Shown: positions 41,251 through 51,099 of the stretch, piece by piece
How the letters are laid out: each line of letters opens with the position of its first letter
Position numbering within the stretch: position 1 is the first letter of the stretch
Assembly (NCBI GenBank): GCA_034520965.1
Contig: JAXHMY010000002.1
Coordinates: 547,714 to 611,713 of the forward strand
Length of the DNA: 64,000 nt
Origin: Spirochaetia bacterium
GTDB lineage: Bacteria; Spirochaetota; Spirochaetia; DSM-16054; Sediminispirochaetaceae
Direction: 5' to 3'
Made by a program: the position numbers and the translations under genes
Notes under the pieces: generated by a model
What the model saw: the letters and a program-made list of their open reading frames with translations, nothing else
Told to the model about the DNA's origin: nothing
Database searches by the model: none

Positions 41251-43178
41251 GACAGCAGCTGCTCTATCTCGGACCGCCGCTCGTAGTCCGGCTTTTTCTC
41301 CAGCAGTCGTTCCAATATCTGACGGGCTTGGTCGGCCTGTCCATCGGCGAACAACAACTCGCCCAGTTTGTAGTAGGCATCCCAGTAGTTTGCATCTATC
41401 TTGATGAGCTCCGACAGGGTGTCTATCGCCTTCGGGCGCTGCTGGGTTTCGATATAGGCGATGGCCAGGTTGTAGCGCATAAGGGTTGCGCCGGGCTTTT
41501 TCTTGATCGCCTTCTGGTAATGCTCGATACTGTCATTGTAAAGCTCGGCGTGCAAATAGGCGTTGCCTAGGTTGTTATTAACCGACACAGAATCCGGCTC
41601 TATCTCATAAGCCCGCAGCAGCACCTTGAGGGCTTGATCATATTTATCCTGCTCGTCATAAAGCTTACCCAGGTTCACCAGAGAAGAGAGGTATCGGGGA
41701 TCCACTTTTAATGACCGTTCGTAGGCCTGCACTGCCGATTCAATGTTACCGGTTTCCTCACTGGCCTTTCCCAGGATATAGAGATTCTCAGCTGAATCAG
41801 AATCCAGCTGTACCGCCTTGACCGCATAGTCCAGGGCTTTGCCTGGCTGTCCCTGATCAATAAGCACCTTGGCCAGGTTATAGTTGGTATCCGGATTATC
41901 CGGGTCAATGCTCAGGGCCTCACGATAGGCATTGGTTGACTTCTCGTAGTTTTTTTGGCGGTAGTAGAGAGTACCCAATTTTCGCCAGTACACTGCCTTA
42001 TCCGGGCTTAGCTGCACTGCATCTTCCAAGGCTGCAATGGCCTCGGAATAGTTTCCCTGAGCGCTCTGAAGTTCGGATATTTGAAAGTAGGCTGTATCGT
42101 TGGAGGGATCGATCCGGGAGGCACTCTTAAAGGCGTTCAAGGCTCCCTTATTGCTGCCGAGCTGGCGGTAGGTAAAGCCTAGATTCAAATACGCCTTTAC
42201 AAACTGATTGTTGTTATGAATAGCCGCCTCGAAGGACTGACGGGCATCGTCAAAGCGGCCCATACGATACTGGGCTTTGCCGAGTTCAAACAGGACATCC
42301 GCATTCTCAGGGTTAAGACGGACGGCTTTTTTGTATGAATCGATGGCACTCTCCCACTGCCTCTGAGTAGAGTAGACATTGCCCAGGGTATTATGGGGTA
42401 TCCATAAATTTGGGTCTATCTTGATAGCCTGATTGGCAAACTGCACCGCTTTACGAATATTATTCTGACTGGTTTCATCCTCCCGAAAGAAGGATTCACC
42501 CTTCTGGGCCAGCGCCTCGGCAGTATTGGGTTCTAAGGACAGGGCTTCATCAAAGTTACCCCGGGCTTCAATAAACTGCTCGTCCTCCATCGCCTCTACG
42601 CCCTGCTTGATCAGCTTTTGTATACGTTCCTGCTTTTCCCGTTCGGCCTGCTCCATGGCCGCCCGCTCAGCTTCTTGCTGTTTACGACGCTCTTCTGCTT
42701 CGCGCTTTTGTCGTTCAAGTTCTTCTTGTTCTTCCTGCTTCCGCCGTTCGAGTTCCGCCTCACGCTGCTGCTCATCTTGACTCCGGCCGTCGGTATCCTG
42801 CAGGGAACTCCCGAGCTCAGAGAGGGTTTGCACCAGTTCTTCCTGCTGCTGCTCTTCGCTCCGGCGTTTTTCCTCATCCGTAAGGGAACGCTGTTCTTCA
42901 TTTTGTCTTCTGGTTTGTATTATTTTATCACGCAGAGAACGCGCGGCTTCATCATCGGCATCCTTAATCAGTAGTGAGTCGACCAGGTCAAGGGCCCGCT
43001 GATATTCTCCGTTTTCAAAGTAGTCCTGGGCCAGGGTAAGAGTATTCTGCCTCACCCGCTCCTCTTCGCTTATGGCCGAGGTATCTTTTTCACCCCCGCC
43101 GCCGAGGAAAAATATCCCGCCGCCGACCAGGGCTATCAGTAGGAGTCCTCCCACCGCGTAAAGCCATTTTCGATCCAT
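41247..43178 (-). CDS. Membrane-anchored TPR protein with coiled-coil linker
   Basis: N-terminal TM, E/Q/R-rich coil, more than 10 TPR-like repeats. Confidence 0.88.
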   Translation of the reverse strand: MDRKWLYAVGGLLLIALVGGGIFFLGGGGEKDTSAISEEERVRQNTLTLAQDYFENGEYQRALDLVDSLLIKDADDEAARSLRDKIIQTRRQNEEQRSLTDEEKRRSEEQQQEELVQTLSELGSSLQDTDGRSQDEQQREAELERRKQEEQEELERQKREAEERRKQQEAERAAMEQAEREKQERIQKLIKQGVEAMEDEQFIEARGNFDEALSLEPNTAEALAQKGESFFREDETSQNNIRKAVQFANQAIKIDPNLWIPHNTLGNVYSTQRQWESAIDSYKKAVRLNPENADVLFELGKAQYRMGRFDDARQSFEAAIHNNNQFVKAYLNLGFTYRQLGSNKGALNAFKSASRIDPSNDTAYFQISELQSAQGNYSEAIAALEDAVQLSPDKAVYWRKLGTLYYRQKNYEKSTNAYREALSIDPDNPDTNYNLAKVLIDQGQPGKALDYAVKAVQLDSDSAENLYILGKASEETGNIESAVQAYERSLKVDPRYLSSLVNLGKLYDEQDKYDQALKVLLRAYEIEPDSVSVNNNLGNAYLHAELYNDSIEHYQKAIKKKPGATLMRYNLAIAYIETQQRPKAIDTLSELIKIDANYWDAYYKLGELLFADGQADQARQILERLLEKKPDYERRSEIEQLLS

Positions 43179-43197
43179 CTATATCTCCTTCATCATT

Positions 43198-43225
43198 CAA
43201 TAATTTCAATCCAATAATTTCAATC
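43198..43225. repeat. 14-bp tandem duplication CAATAATTTCAATC x2 spanning a stop codon
   Basis: Read directly at 43198-43211 and 43212-43225. Confidence 0.85.
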
Positions 43226-43975
43226 AACAATATCGAATTCCTGTTCGGTCTCCTTCACCTCGCCGGTGCCCTCCGAGAGACCCCTTGTCTCCTCGCCGGA
43301 CTCCTCGAGGGAATTGAGTACCTGGTCCAGCAGCGCCTGCCGACGCTGTTCCTCTTCCTTGCGTCGGCGCTCCTGCTCGAGCCGTTCACGCTCGGCCTGT
43401 ACCACTTTTTGGTTCAAGAGTGCTATCATTTGTTCGATATTCTCACGCTGTGCGCTACTGGGCTGCAGTGAAAGATATACCCGGTAATCGGAGACCGCAT
43501 CGTCAAACTGTCCCTGCCGTACATACAGGTTTGCACGGTTCAAGTAGGCGCCGGCCAGGTTGTTATTCAGCTTCAGCGCCTCCTGGTACATTTTTTCGGC
43601 CCGGTCGTACTGCTCAAGGCGCTGATAATTGACTCCCATGTTGTAGTAGAAGGTGGCTTTATCGCTGCCGGCATGGGGCAGTCCGTCCTGGTATATCTGC
43701 TGGGCGGCCTGAAAATCACCCAACTGCTCGTAAATGACGGCCAGATACATATAGAGCCTCCCGTTCTGGGGCTCTTTTCGCAAAGCTGTTTGCAGCAGCG
43801 GCGCGGCTGCCTCCGGCCGGTTTTCCATAAACAGTTCGATACCCTGCTCTTTTACACTCCCCGGCGAATTCCGTGCATCTACTGGCGCCGCCTGGGCGGC
43901 TAGTACCGTGGGGATACTAAACAGCAAGAGCATTATTATCCATAAATTAATAAAAAGCGCTGTAACATGCTTCAT
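43220..43975 (-). CDS. Exported TPR protein
   Basis: Signal peptide, about 4 TPR repeats, charged coiled-coil tail. Confidence 0.88.
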   Translation of the reverse strand: MKHVTALFINLWIIMLLLFSIPTVLAAQAAPVDARNSPGSVKEQGIELFMENRPEAAAPLLQTALRKEPQNGRLYMYLAVIYEQLGDFQAAQQIYQDGLPHAGSDKATFYYNMGVNYQRLEQYDRAEKMYQEALKLNNNLAGAYLNRANLYVRQGQFDDAVSDYRVYLSLQPSSAQRENIEQMIALLNQKVVQAERERLEQERRRKEEEQRRQALLDQVLNSLEESGEETRGLSEGTGEVKETEQEFDIVD

Positions 43976-44000
43976 ATTATGAACTTCCCATTCGTAAGGT

Positions 44001-44040
44001 TTGACATAGCCCTATTTTCTCATTAATCTTCTTTAAGGAG
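44001..44040 (+). promoter_or_regulatory. Sigma70-type promoter and RBS
   Basis: TTGACA (44001)-17 bp-TAATCT (44024); AAGGAG at 44035; ATG at 44047. Confidence 0.6.
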
Positions 44041-44046
44041 AAGTAT

Positions 44047-45420
44047 ATGCCCCTAATCATCGCTCTTATTATATTCCTCGGCATTACACTAGGTATTATA
44101 ACCTTTTTCCTGGTGAAGTCTATCATCGCACCCAAGCAGGTGCAAACCTTGTTTAAGCAGCTGAATAACGGAAAAGCGGCCGCGGTAACCCGGGGTGCAA
44201 AGCAGATTTTAGCGAAGAACCCGCGCAATGTGGATGCCCACTACCTCCTGGGTCAGGCTTACCTTGAGCAAAACAAGCCGGAGCTGGCGTTGATGGAGTT
44301 TAAGGCGGTAAACCAGATAGGAATTTTCGAAGGTCATACAAAGGAGAATGAGTTTCGCAAAAAGATTGCTTCGCTGTATGAAAGGTTCAACCAGCCCGAG
44401 GAGGCCTTGAAGGAGTACTTGCTGCTGATTAAACTACAACCGAACAAAGCCGAATACTATCTGAAGGCTGGAGAGCTGTTTGAGGCACGGGACAACTCAA
44501 CTAAGGCAAGCAACTTTTACCGTAAGGCGATCAGCCTGGACGGCCGTCTGGCGGAGGCTCATCAGCGTCTGGGCTTCATTCTGTACCGCAGTAAAAAGCC
44601 GCTGGAAGCTAAGTCGGAGTTTGAAAAGGCTATCAAAAATGACTCCTCCAACTACACCTCGCATTTTTATCTGGGAAAACTGCAGAAGGAGAACCACGAT
44701 TATGTGGCGGCCCTGCTCTCCTTCGAGAAGGCCCAGCGGGAACAGTCCTTGAAAATCCGGTCTCTGATCGAGCGCGGCAGCTGCTATATGAATATGAATA
44801 ACTTTGATAAAGCGGCTACCGAGCTCGAAAGAGCTATCAAACTATCGGATGATCCCGGCTCAAAAGAGACCCTGTATGCGCGCTATTTTCTGTCGCTCTG
44901 TTACGAGAAAGATCGACGTTTTGACAACGCCATTGAACAGTGGGAACATATTTACAAGCGTAAACCCTCTTTCAAGGACGTGGCCGAGAAACTCAGTCAG
45001 TACCAGGATATGCGCACCGACGATCATATGAAGGATTTTCTTACCGCCAGTGCCGCCGAATTTGTGGAAATTTGCAAGGCAGTTACCACCGGGCCAATGG
45101 GGCTGACTATCCGTGATACTAGTGAAATTCAGAACGGCTGCCAGATTATCGCTGTGGACAGCGACTCCCGCTGGCGCAACGCCAAAAAGCTTCCAAAGCT
45201 GATATGGTTTTTGCGAGTGCCGGAATCTCTCGGGGAATCGACCATGCGCTCGCTGCATGAAAAGATGAAAAAGCTGAATGTATCAAGGGGGGTAATTATA
45301 ATCTCCTCTACTTTTTCGCGTAAGGCCGTTGAATATGCCGAAAGCCGTCCAATTGACCTGATGAGTAAGGATGAGCTAATGGAGCATCTTAAAAATATAG
45401 ATTTTGCCGCTCTGCAATAA
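44047..45420 (+). CDS. Membrane-anchored TPR protein with C-terminal Mrr-like (probably inactive) domain
   Basis: N-terminal TM, TPR repeats, C-terminal RGVIIISSTFSRKAVEYAESRPIDLMSKDEL (Mrr_cat-like). Confidence 0.82.
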   Translation: MPLIIALIIFLGITLGIITFFLVKSIIAPKQVQTLFKQLNNGKAAAVTRGAKQILAKNPRNVDAHYLLGQAYLEQNKPELALMEFKAVNQIGIFEGHTKENEFRKKIASLYERFNQPEEALKEYLLLIKLQPNKAEYYLKAGELFEARDNSTKASNFYRKAISLDGRLAEAHQRLGFILYRSKKPLEAKSEFEKAIKNDSSNYTSHFYLGKLQKENHDYVAALLSFEKAQREQSLKIRSLIERGSCYMNMNNFDKAATELERAIKLSDDPGSKETLYARYFLSLCYEKDRRFDNAIEQWEHIYKRKPSFKDVAEKLSQYQDMRTDDHMKDFLTASAAEFVEICKAVTTGPMGLTIRDTSEIQNGCQIIAVDSDSRWRNAKKLPKLIWFLRVPESLGESTMRSLHEKMKKLNVSRGVIIISSTFSRKAVEYAESRPIDLMSKDELMEHLKNIDFAALQ

Positions 45421-45483
45421 CTGATGCATGAACTGATGCACTAAACGACCGGAGCAGACCGGCGGAACAGAAAAGGTACCCTA

Positions 45484-46164
45484 GTGACGAAATTAAAAAT
45501 ACTCTGCATATCCGATCATATAGATCCTTTAATTTACTCAAACCAGTTGAAGACCCGTTTTAAACAGGTAGACCTTGTACTGAGCGCTGGTGACCTTGAG
45601 CTGCCCTATTACGGTTTTATTGTCAGCAGCTTGAACAAACCCCTGTTGTTTGTTTTCGGCAACCATAACCTAAAACGTATTGGCCATTACCGTAAAGAAT
45701 ACCGTGAGGAGACTCTTAAAAACACCATGAAGGATGATTTTTTAGAGCGAACCTATGGTTCTACTTATGTCGGAGGAAAGGTGCGACGGGTAGAGGGGCT
45801 CATTATTGCCGGTCTGGGGGGCAGCATGCGCTATAATAAAGGGCTGAACCAGTTTACCGAAAGCCAGATGTTCTTAAATATTTTAAAACTCTTGCCTAAG
45901 CTGCTGTTCTTCCGTATTGTGAATGGGCGCTGGGTGGATATTCTATTAACCCACGCTCCGCCCCTGGGAATACACGACCGTGAGGACAAGTGTCATCGGG
46001 GATTTAAGAGTTTTCTGTGGTTTATGCGTTGGTTTAAGCCCCAGTATTTGATCCATGGGCATGTGCATCTATATGACCTAAACGAAGTACGGGAGAGCAC
46101 CTACGAATCCACGCGAATCGTAAATGCATATGAACATACAATTGTAGATATCGAGGTACCCTAA
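45484..46164 (+). CDS. Calcineurin-like metallophosphoesterase
   Basis: SDH, AGDL, GNHN, THAPP, HGHVH motifs. Confidence 0.92.
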   Translation: MTKLKILCISDHIDPLIYSNQLKTRFKQVDLVLSAGDLELPYYGFIVSSLNKPLLFVFGNHNLKRIGHYRKEYREETLKNTMKDDFLERTYGSTYVGGKVRRVEGLIIAGLGGSMRYNKGLNQFTESQMFLNILKLLPKLLFFRIVNGRWVDILLTHAPPLGIHDREDKCHRGFKSFLWFMRWFKPQYLIHGHVHLYDLNEVRESTYESTRIVNAYEHTIVDIEVP

Positions 46165-46166
46165 AA

Positions 46167-47081
46167 ATGCAGAACAACTCTTTTGTTCACAGCCAGGCTC
46201 GTGACGATTTCAATAAGGCCCGCTCAAAGGCAACTATCAGCCAGCTCCTCAATGCCCTCACCCCCGACCGTCAGCGCCTCTTGTCGCTCGAGGACGTACG
46301 CAACCTGTTGAAACCAAAAACGGAAATTTATAAGGGTATGCAAATTGTTCCGATTGAGAAAATTATCGGGAGTGAGGGGCGATACAAGGATTTCACCAGT
46401 GCTTTTCTGCCGAAACGCGATTTTATCCGAGGCCGTTGGGAGAGCGTCGACCGAGCTCACCTATCGGATGTAATTTTACCGGCCATTAAGCTGTATGAAA
46501 TCGGCGGCGTCTATTTTGTCCGAGACGGCAACCACCGGGTTTCCGTGGCGCGGATGCAGGGTGTTGAGGCAATCGACGCCGAGGTAATCGAGCTTGATTC
46601 CGAGATTGAGATGAAGCCGGGAATGACGGTACAGGACTTAAAAGCTGCAGTTGTTGAGTACGAAAAGCAGAAAGTTTTCAGCGACACCCAGCTGGACAGC
46701 ATTATTCCCCCCGAGGAGATTGTTTTTTCCGAACCCGGGCGCTATGTAGAGATGCTGCGCCATATTCAGGGACACAAATACTTTCTTAATCAAGGTCGTA
46801 AAACGGAGATCGAATTTCTGCAGGCCGCCTCTTCCTGGTACAATAATTTATACAAACCAATTATCCGAATTATTGAGCAGGAAAATATAATCTCCCGCTT
46901 CCCGGGACGCACCATGTCCGACCTGTATATGTGGATCATCAAACACTGGGACGGTCTGAAGAATAAGTACGGCAATAATTTTTCATTGAAGACGGCTGCC
47001 CTGGACTATTCGGAAAAATACGGTACAAGCCTGTGGGAGCAGTTTAAAAGTTTTATAAGCTCGATATTCAAGCGTTCGTGA
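46167..47081 (+). CDS. ParB/Srx-like domain protein with DUF4032-like C-terminus
   Basis: IIGSEGRYKDF...FLP, RW, YFVRDGNHRVSVA; C-terminal HKYFL...SWY...Y.P...FPGRT.SDLY.WI..H. Confidence 0.8.
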   Translation: MQNNSFVHSQARDDFNKARSKATISQLLNALTPDRQRLLSLEDVRNLLKPKTEIYKGMQIVPIEKIIGSEGRYKDFTSAFLPKRDFIRGRWESVDRAHLSDVILPAIKLYEIGGVYFVRDGNHRVSVARMQGVEAIDAEVIELDSEIEMKPGMTVQDLKAAVVEYEKQKVFSDTQLDSIIPPEEIVFSEPGRYVEMLRHIQGHKYFLNQGRKTEIEFLQAASSWYNNLYKPIIRIIEQENIISRFPGRTMSDLYMWIIKHWDGLKNKYGNNFSLKTAALDYSEKYGTSLWEQFKSFISSIFKRS

Positions 47082-47091
47082 TAATAAACGC

Positions 47092-47914
47092 TTATTCCGA
47101 TTGGGGCAGCAGGTACGGACCGCTGACCAAGCCGAAGCCCTTGGCGGAGTCATACTCCTGAATCCACATCAGCTCTGCCCCCGGCCACTTACTGCGCCAG
47201 TCCGTGACTGTCCGAAACTGTCGGCTGTTGCCCACCGACTCCGCGGCAGCGGTGAAAGCTTGGCTGCGCAGGAACTGTTCACCCTCATCGTACAGGGACA
47301 GCAAGACTTCCGATGCAGAAAAGTACAGTTCGATGCTGTCGGCCTTTACCTGGGCCCTCGGAAATCGGCTCTCCCTTAGTTTTCCCTTCTGCAGCCCCTG
47401 AATGTCCTTACTGATAAAAAAACTCGTAACAGCTGTTTCTCCGGCCTTGTCGAAAACCTTCAGCCTGGTATTCGCCGCGGGGAAGCTGAGCGGCAAAGCC
47501 GCTTTTCACACCGCCGCCCCCCAGCCACACTTCACCATTTCGCTCTACCTTCCGCCAGGTCTCCGGGGTGAAGTTCCAGCGCAGCTCAGCTTCCGGATGC
47601 AGCAGCACAATCTGTTCCAGATCGCCCGTCCCGTCGGGGTCCTGGGCATGGACATACAGGCTCAGCTCCTCGTGCTGGGTAGTTTCTTCTATGTTCTGGA
47701 CAATATTCAACTGCCAGAATAGTTGGGCAATCTCGGGAGGAGCTCCGCTGCAGCTGCTGAGCAGCACCGACAGGAGCAGCACCAGCAGTATTCGAGAAAC
47801 AGTCCGACCGGAGGAAGGTCGAGGCCGGGAGCTCCGCCGGCACCGATGGCTGGAAAAGAAGGCGCGAGGCAGGAAGTTCTGTATCAATGCAATTGCTTTT
47901 GTGTGGGGCCCCAT
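47092..47914 (-). CDS. Hypothetical lipoprotein (frameshifted; start uncertain)
   Basis: LLSSC lipobox-like motif in ORF 47408..47914, continued by ORF 47092..47496. Confidence 0.6.
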
Positions 47915-48002
47915 AGTTTCCCGGTCTATTCCATTTGAATTTTTTTTCCGTGCATCATTTTATTGGCAACCGGATTGGAGTATGCCTCCAGCAGTATGTT
48001 TC

Positions 48003-49075
48003 TTACCTGCTTGGATAAACGCCGGAATCGCAGGAAAAACGCTGTTTTTCAAACTCGGAGTAAGTCTGCTCGAATAAATTGGTATTATGAATCACATCGT
48101 AGGCAATAAAGTTGGTTGACCACAGTTTATATCCATGCTGAATACGCTCATCTATAGCGCTTACCAGTTCTTTTGCATTCTTGTATTCCGGCTGCATAGG
48201 TGCATTAAAGTGGTAATGGACCTTTCCCTTGAACCCTTTAATCCCGGCCATAATGCTGACGAGGTCTTCATATCTGCGCTTTTTATGTTCACCCCGGGTT
48301 CGTTTGCGATGGATTTCCCAGGCCTTCATTCGGTCGCAGGGGTCGTACTCATAAGAAATGGCTACCGGCACAATTTTTGTACGCCCCAGGAACTCATGAA
48401 AACCCAGCTTTTCCCGCTTATACGCATAATAGAGCATTTTTATGATAGCCGGGTTGGTGATATCCATTCCGTCCTTTGACCGTCCGGAACTTTGGGCAAT
48501 CCATATTGACTCCCCCTCTTCGAGGGTTTTACGGATATAGTTTGAGAGCTTCATGCTGGCGATGTATTGATCACGCGGGGGAAGGTTTCGCTTGACAATT
48601 ACCCCGCGGTTAATGCGGATGAGATCGGATATTGCATCGTTAAACAGCAGATTATCGCCGAAAGCCACTTGTGCCATCTCAAAATTGTTTTTTGACAGAA
48701 TATAATCCAAAAGCGCCGGATCAAGGATGATATCACGATGGTTGGACACGAAAAGGTAATTCTGGGAAGAGTCGAGGTTCTCGAGGCCGCTGTAACTAAG
48801 GCCGCTGCTGGTCTTCTTTACAATCGGGTGCAAGAGAGTATCTACTATTATTCTTCGTTGAAAAGACCCTACAGTTTGTATGTTTCCGAGCTTCAAACTC
48901 AGATAAATTTTAAGAATTCTATCAATTAAGGGTGCCAAAAACCGGGGTGTTTTGGGGAGAAAGACAGTCCGAAGCCCGACATGAGCCACTGACTATTTTT
49001 CAACCGACTCAGCACCTCCGGTACTTCATTACCGCGGTATGGTCGTATATCATCGAAGTTCTCTTCATCTATCAT
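48003..49075 (-). CDS. Glycerol-phosphate acyltransferase (PlsC/PlsB-like; frameshifts at both ends)
   Basis: SNHRDIILD (HxxxxD), FGDNL, WIAQSSGRSKDG, VPVAISYEYDP; likely start MIDEENFDDIRPY at 49075. Confidence 0.88.
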
Positions 49076-49264
49076 AGCACCACCTTGCTATTTCAAGAAT
49101 AACGTATTATTCGCCACAAAGTAAAGGTACTTTACAAATTGCTGAGGTACATGAGAATTCAACAAAAATTAAGTAAAATCATTATTGTCTACTCATATAT
49201 GCCGCGATATAATGCAAAGGCTAATTACTTAAAAAAGTTTAGCGAAATTAAAGGAGGAAGAAAG

Positions 49265-50164
49265 ATGAATAGAAAAAGGGCTCTTTTTCTAGTTTTGGTC
49301 ACCCTGTTGGTTGCTTCGGCAGCCTTTGCGGGTGGAACGCAAGAGCAGCCATTAGGCTCCGAGGACAATCCGATTATCTGGTCGTTTGTGCCGTCCGGCG
49401 AGATGGAACGAGTTGCCGCGGGGGCTGAAGAGGTTGCCGATATGCTGCATGAAGAAACCGGTTATTATTTTAAGACCAATGTAGCCACTGAGTATGTTGG
49501 GGTTGTAGAAGCATTGTCCAGTGATCCCCCAAAGGCTCACATGGCCTCTCTGGCTACCTTTTCATATATCATGGCCGCCGATCGCGGAGTAGCTGATGCA
49601 GGCCTGGTTGCAGTCCGCTACGGAAGCCCCACCTACAACGGGCAGTTTATCACCCGTGCCGACAGCGGAATCAATGAAGTTGCCGATTTTGCCGGCAAAA
49701 CCTTTGCCCGCGCCGATCCCCTGTCCACCAGCAGCTGGATCATTCCGATGATTACTATGAAAGCAGAGGGAATCGATCCCGAGACCGATCTTAAAAACGT
49801 CGTTGATGCCGGCAGTCACGATACAGTTGTATCGGCAGTCTACAACGGCGATGCTGATGCGGGGGCCACCTACGTAGATGCCCGCACACGGATGGAAGAG
49901 GATTATCCCGATGTAATGGAAGAAGTAGTTGTAATCGGGATTACCACAGATATCCCCAACGACGGGGTACAGTTTCATCCCTCCATTTCCGAGGAGATGC
50001 GAAACACCATTATTGATGCACTGTTGAAGATAGTAGCAACTGAAGAAGGAAAAGAGGCATTAAACACTGCCTACCAGTGGAATGACCTTGAACGGCACGG
50101 CGACGAATTCTACGATCCCTTCCGCCAGGTGCTTCAGAGCCGGGCATGGAAGTCCAGGAACTGA
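49265..50164 (+). CDS. phnD: Phosphate/phosphite/phosphonate ABC transporter substrate-binding protein
   Basis: RBS AAGGAGG, signal peptide, FVPS, DPLSTSS, GSHD, IPND motifs. Confidence 0.88.
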   Translation: MNRKRALFLVLVTLLVASAAFAGGTQEQPLGSEDNPIIWSFVPSGEMERVAAGAEEVADMLHEETGYYFKTNVATEYVGVVEALSSDPPKAHMASLATFSYIMAADRGVADAGLVAVRYGSPTYNGQFITRADSGINEVADFAGKTFARADPLSTSSWIIPMITMKAEGIDPETDLKNVVDAGSHDTVVSAVYNGDADAGATYVDARTRMEEDYPDVMEEVVVIGITTDIPNDGVQFHPSISEEMRNTIIDALLKIVATEEGKEALNTAYQWNDLERHGDEFYDPFRQVLQSRAWKSRN

Positions 50165-50308
50165 TACAATGAGCCTCGGTATCGCGATTTTTACAAGACC
50201 TGGGGTCGTCTAATGGCGGGCTGAATTCGACGATCCAAACATGAGCGATTCAGGAGGGAGATACGCTTCTATCCCCCTCGTTGTTCCATTCAGAATATTG
50301 GGGAGACT

Positions 50309-51097
50309 ATGCTCGAAATAAAAAACCTCACCAAGATTTATCCCGACGGCACTTTAGCCCTGGATGATGTGAGTTTTACCGTGGAGGATGGTGAGTTTTT
50401 AGTTGTGATCGGTCTCAGCGGCTCGGGAAAATCCACTCTGTTGCGCTGTATTAACCGACTGATAGACCCGACCAAGGGTCAGATTATTATGGACGGCCAG
50501 GATATCACCGCGGCCGATACGAAGCGAACTTCGCGTCGGATTCGTCGCAAAATCGGAATGATTTTTCAACATTTTAATTTGGTTGACCGTTCCAGCGTCA
50601 TGACCAATGTACTCTCCGGAAAACTCGGTTATATCAACCCCTGGTCCAGTTTGCTGCACAAGTATCCGCCGGCAAAAAAGGAAGCCATGGCGGCCTTGGA
50701 GAAGGTGGGGATTACCGATCAGGCCACTAAACGGGCCGATGAGCTGTCCGGGGGGCAACGGCAGCGCGTGGGTATTGCCAGGGCTCTGATGCAGAATCCA
50801 AGTATGATGTTGGCGGATGAACCGGTTGCCAGTCTCGATCCGGTACTGGCCCACACCATCCTTGGGTATCTGGAACAGCTGAATCATGAGTCGCATATCT
50901 CCGTAATATGCAGCCTTCACTATCTCGATTTGGTCCAGCGTTACGCAACCAAGGTAATCGGCCTGCGGGACGGTCAGGTTGTCTACCGCGGCGACCGCGA
51001 GGATATCCGTAAGATGACCGACGAACAGTTCCAGGAGATCTACGGCGAAGAGGCCGTACGGGTCAACGCCGGCGAGTTAAACCAGGGGGAGCAGTAG
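50309..51097 (+). CDS. phnC: Phosphonate-type ABC transporter ATPase
   Basis: GLSGSGKSTLLRCINRL, FQHFNLV, LSGGQRQRV, ADEPVASLDP, SLH. Confidence 0.92.
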   Translation: MLEIKNLTKIYPDGTLALDDVSFTVEDGEFLVVIGLSGSGKSTLLRCINRLIDPTKGQIIMDGQDITAADTKRTSRRIRRKIGMIFQHFNLVDRSSVMTNVLSGKLGYINPWSSLLHKYPPAKKEAMAALEKVGITDQATKRADELSGGQRQRVGIARALMQNPSMMLADEPVASLDPVLAHTILGYLEQLNHESHISVICSLHYLDLVQRYATKVIGLRDGQVVYRGDREDIRKMTDEQFQEIYGEEAVRVNAGELNQGEQ

Positions 51098-51099
51098 GT

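Noticed and set aside
44047..45420. Active type IV (Mrr) restriction system
   Set aside because: Catalytic D and (Q/E)xK residues are not visible, and the protein is a membrane-anchored TPR protein.
50195..50285. Two stem-loops between phnD and phnC
   Set aside because: Typical intercistronic stabiliser or attenuator after a binding-protein gene; no riboswitch consensus recognised.
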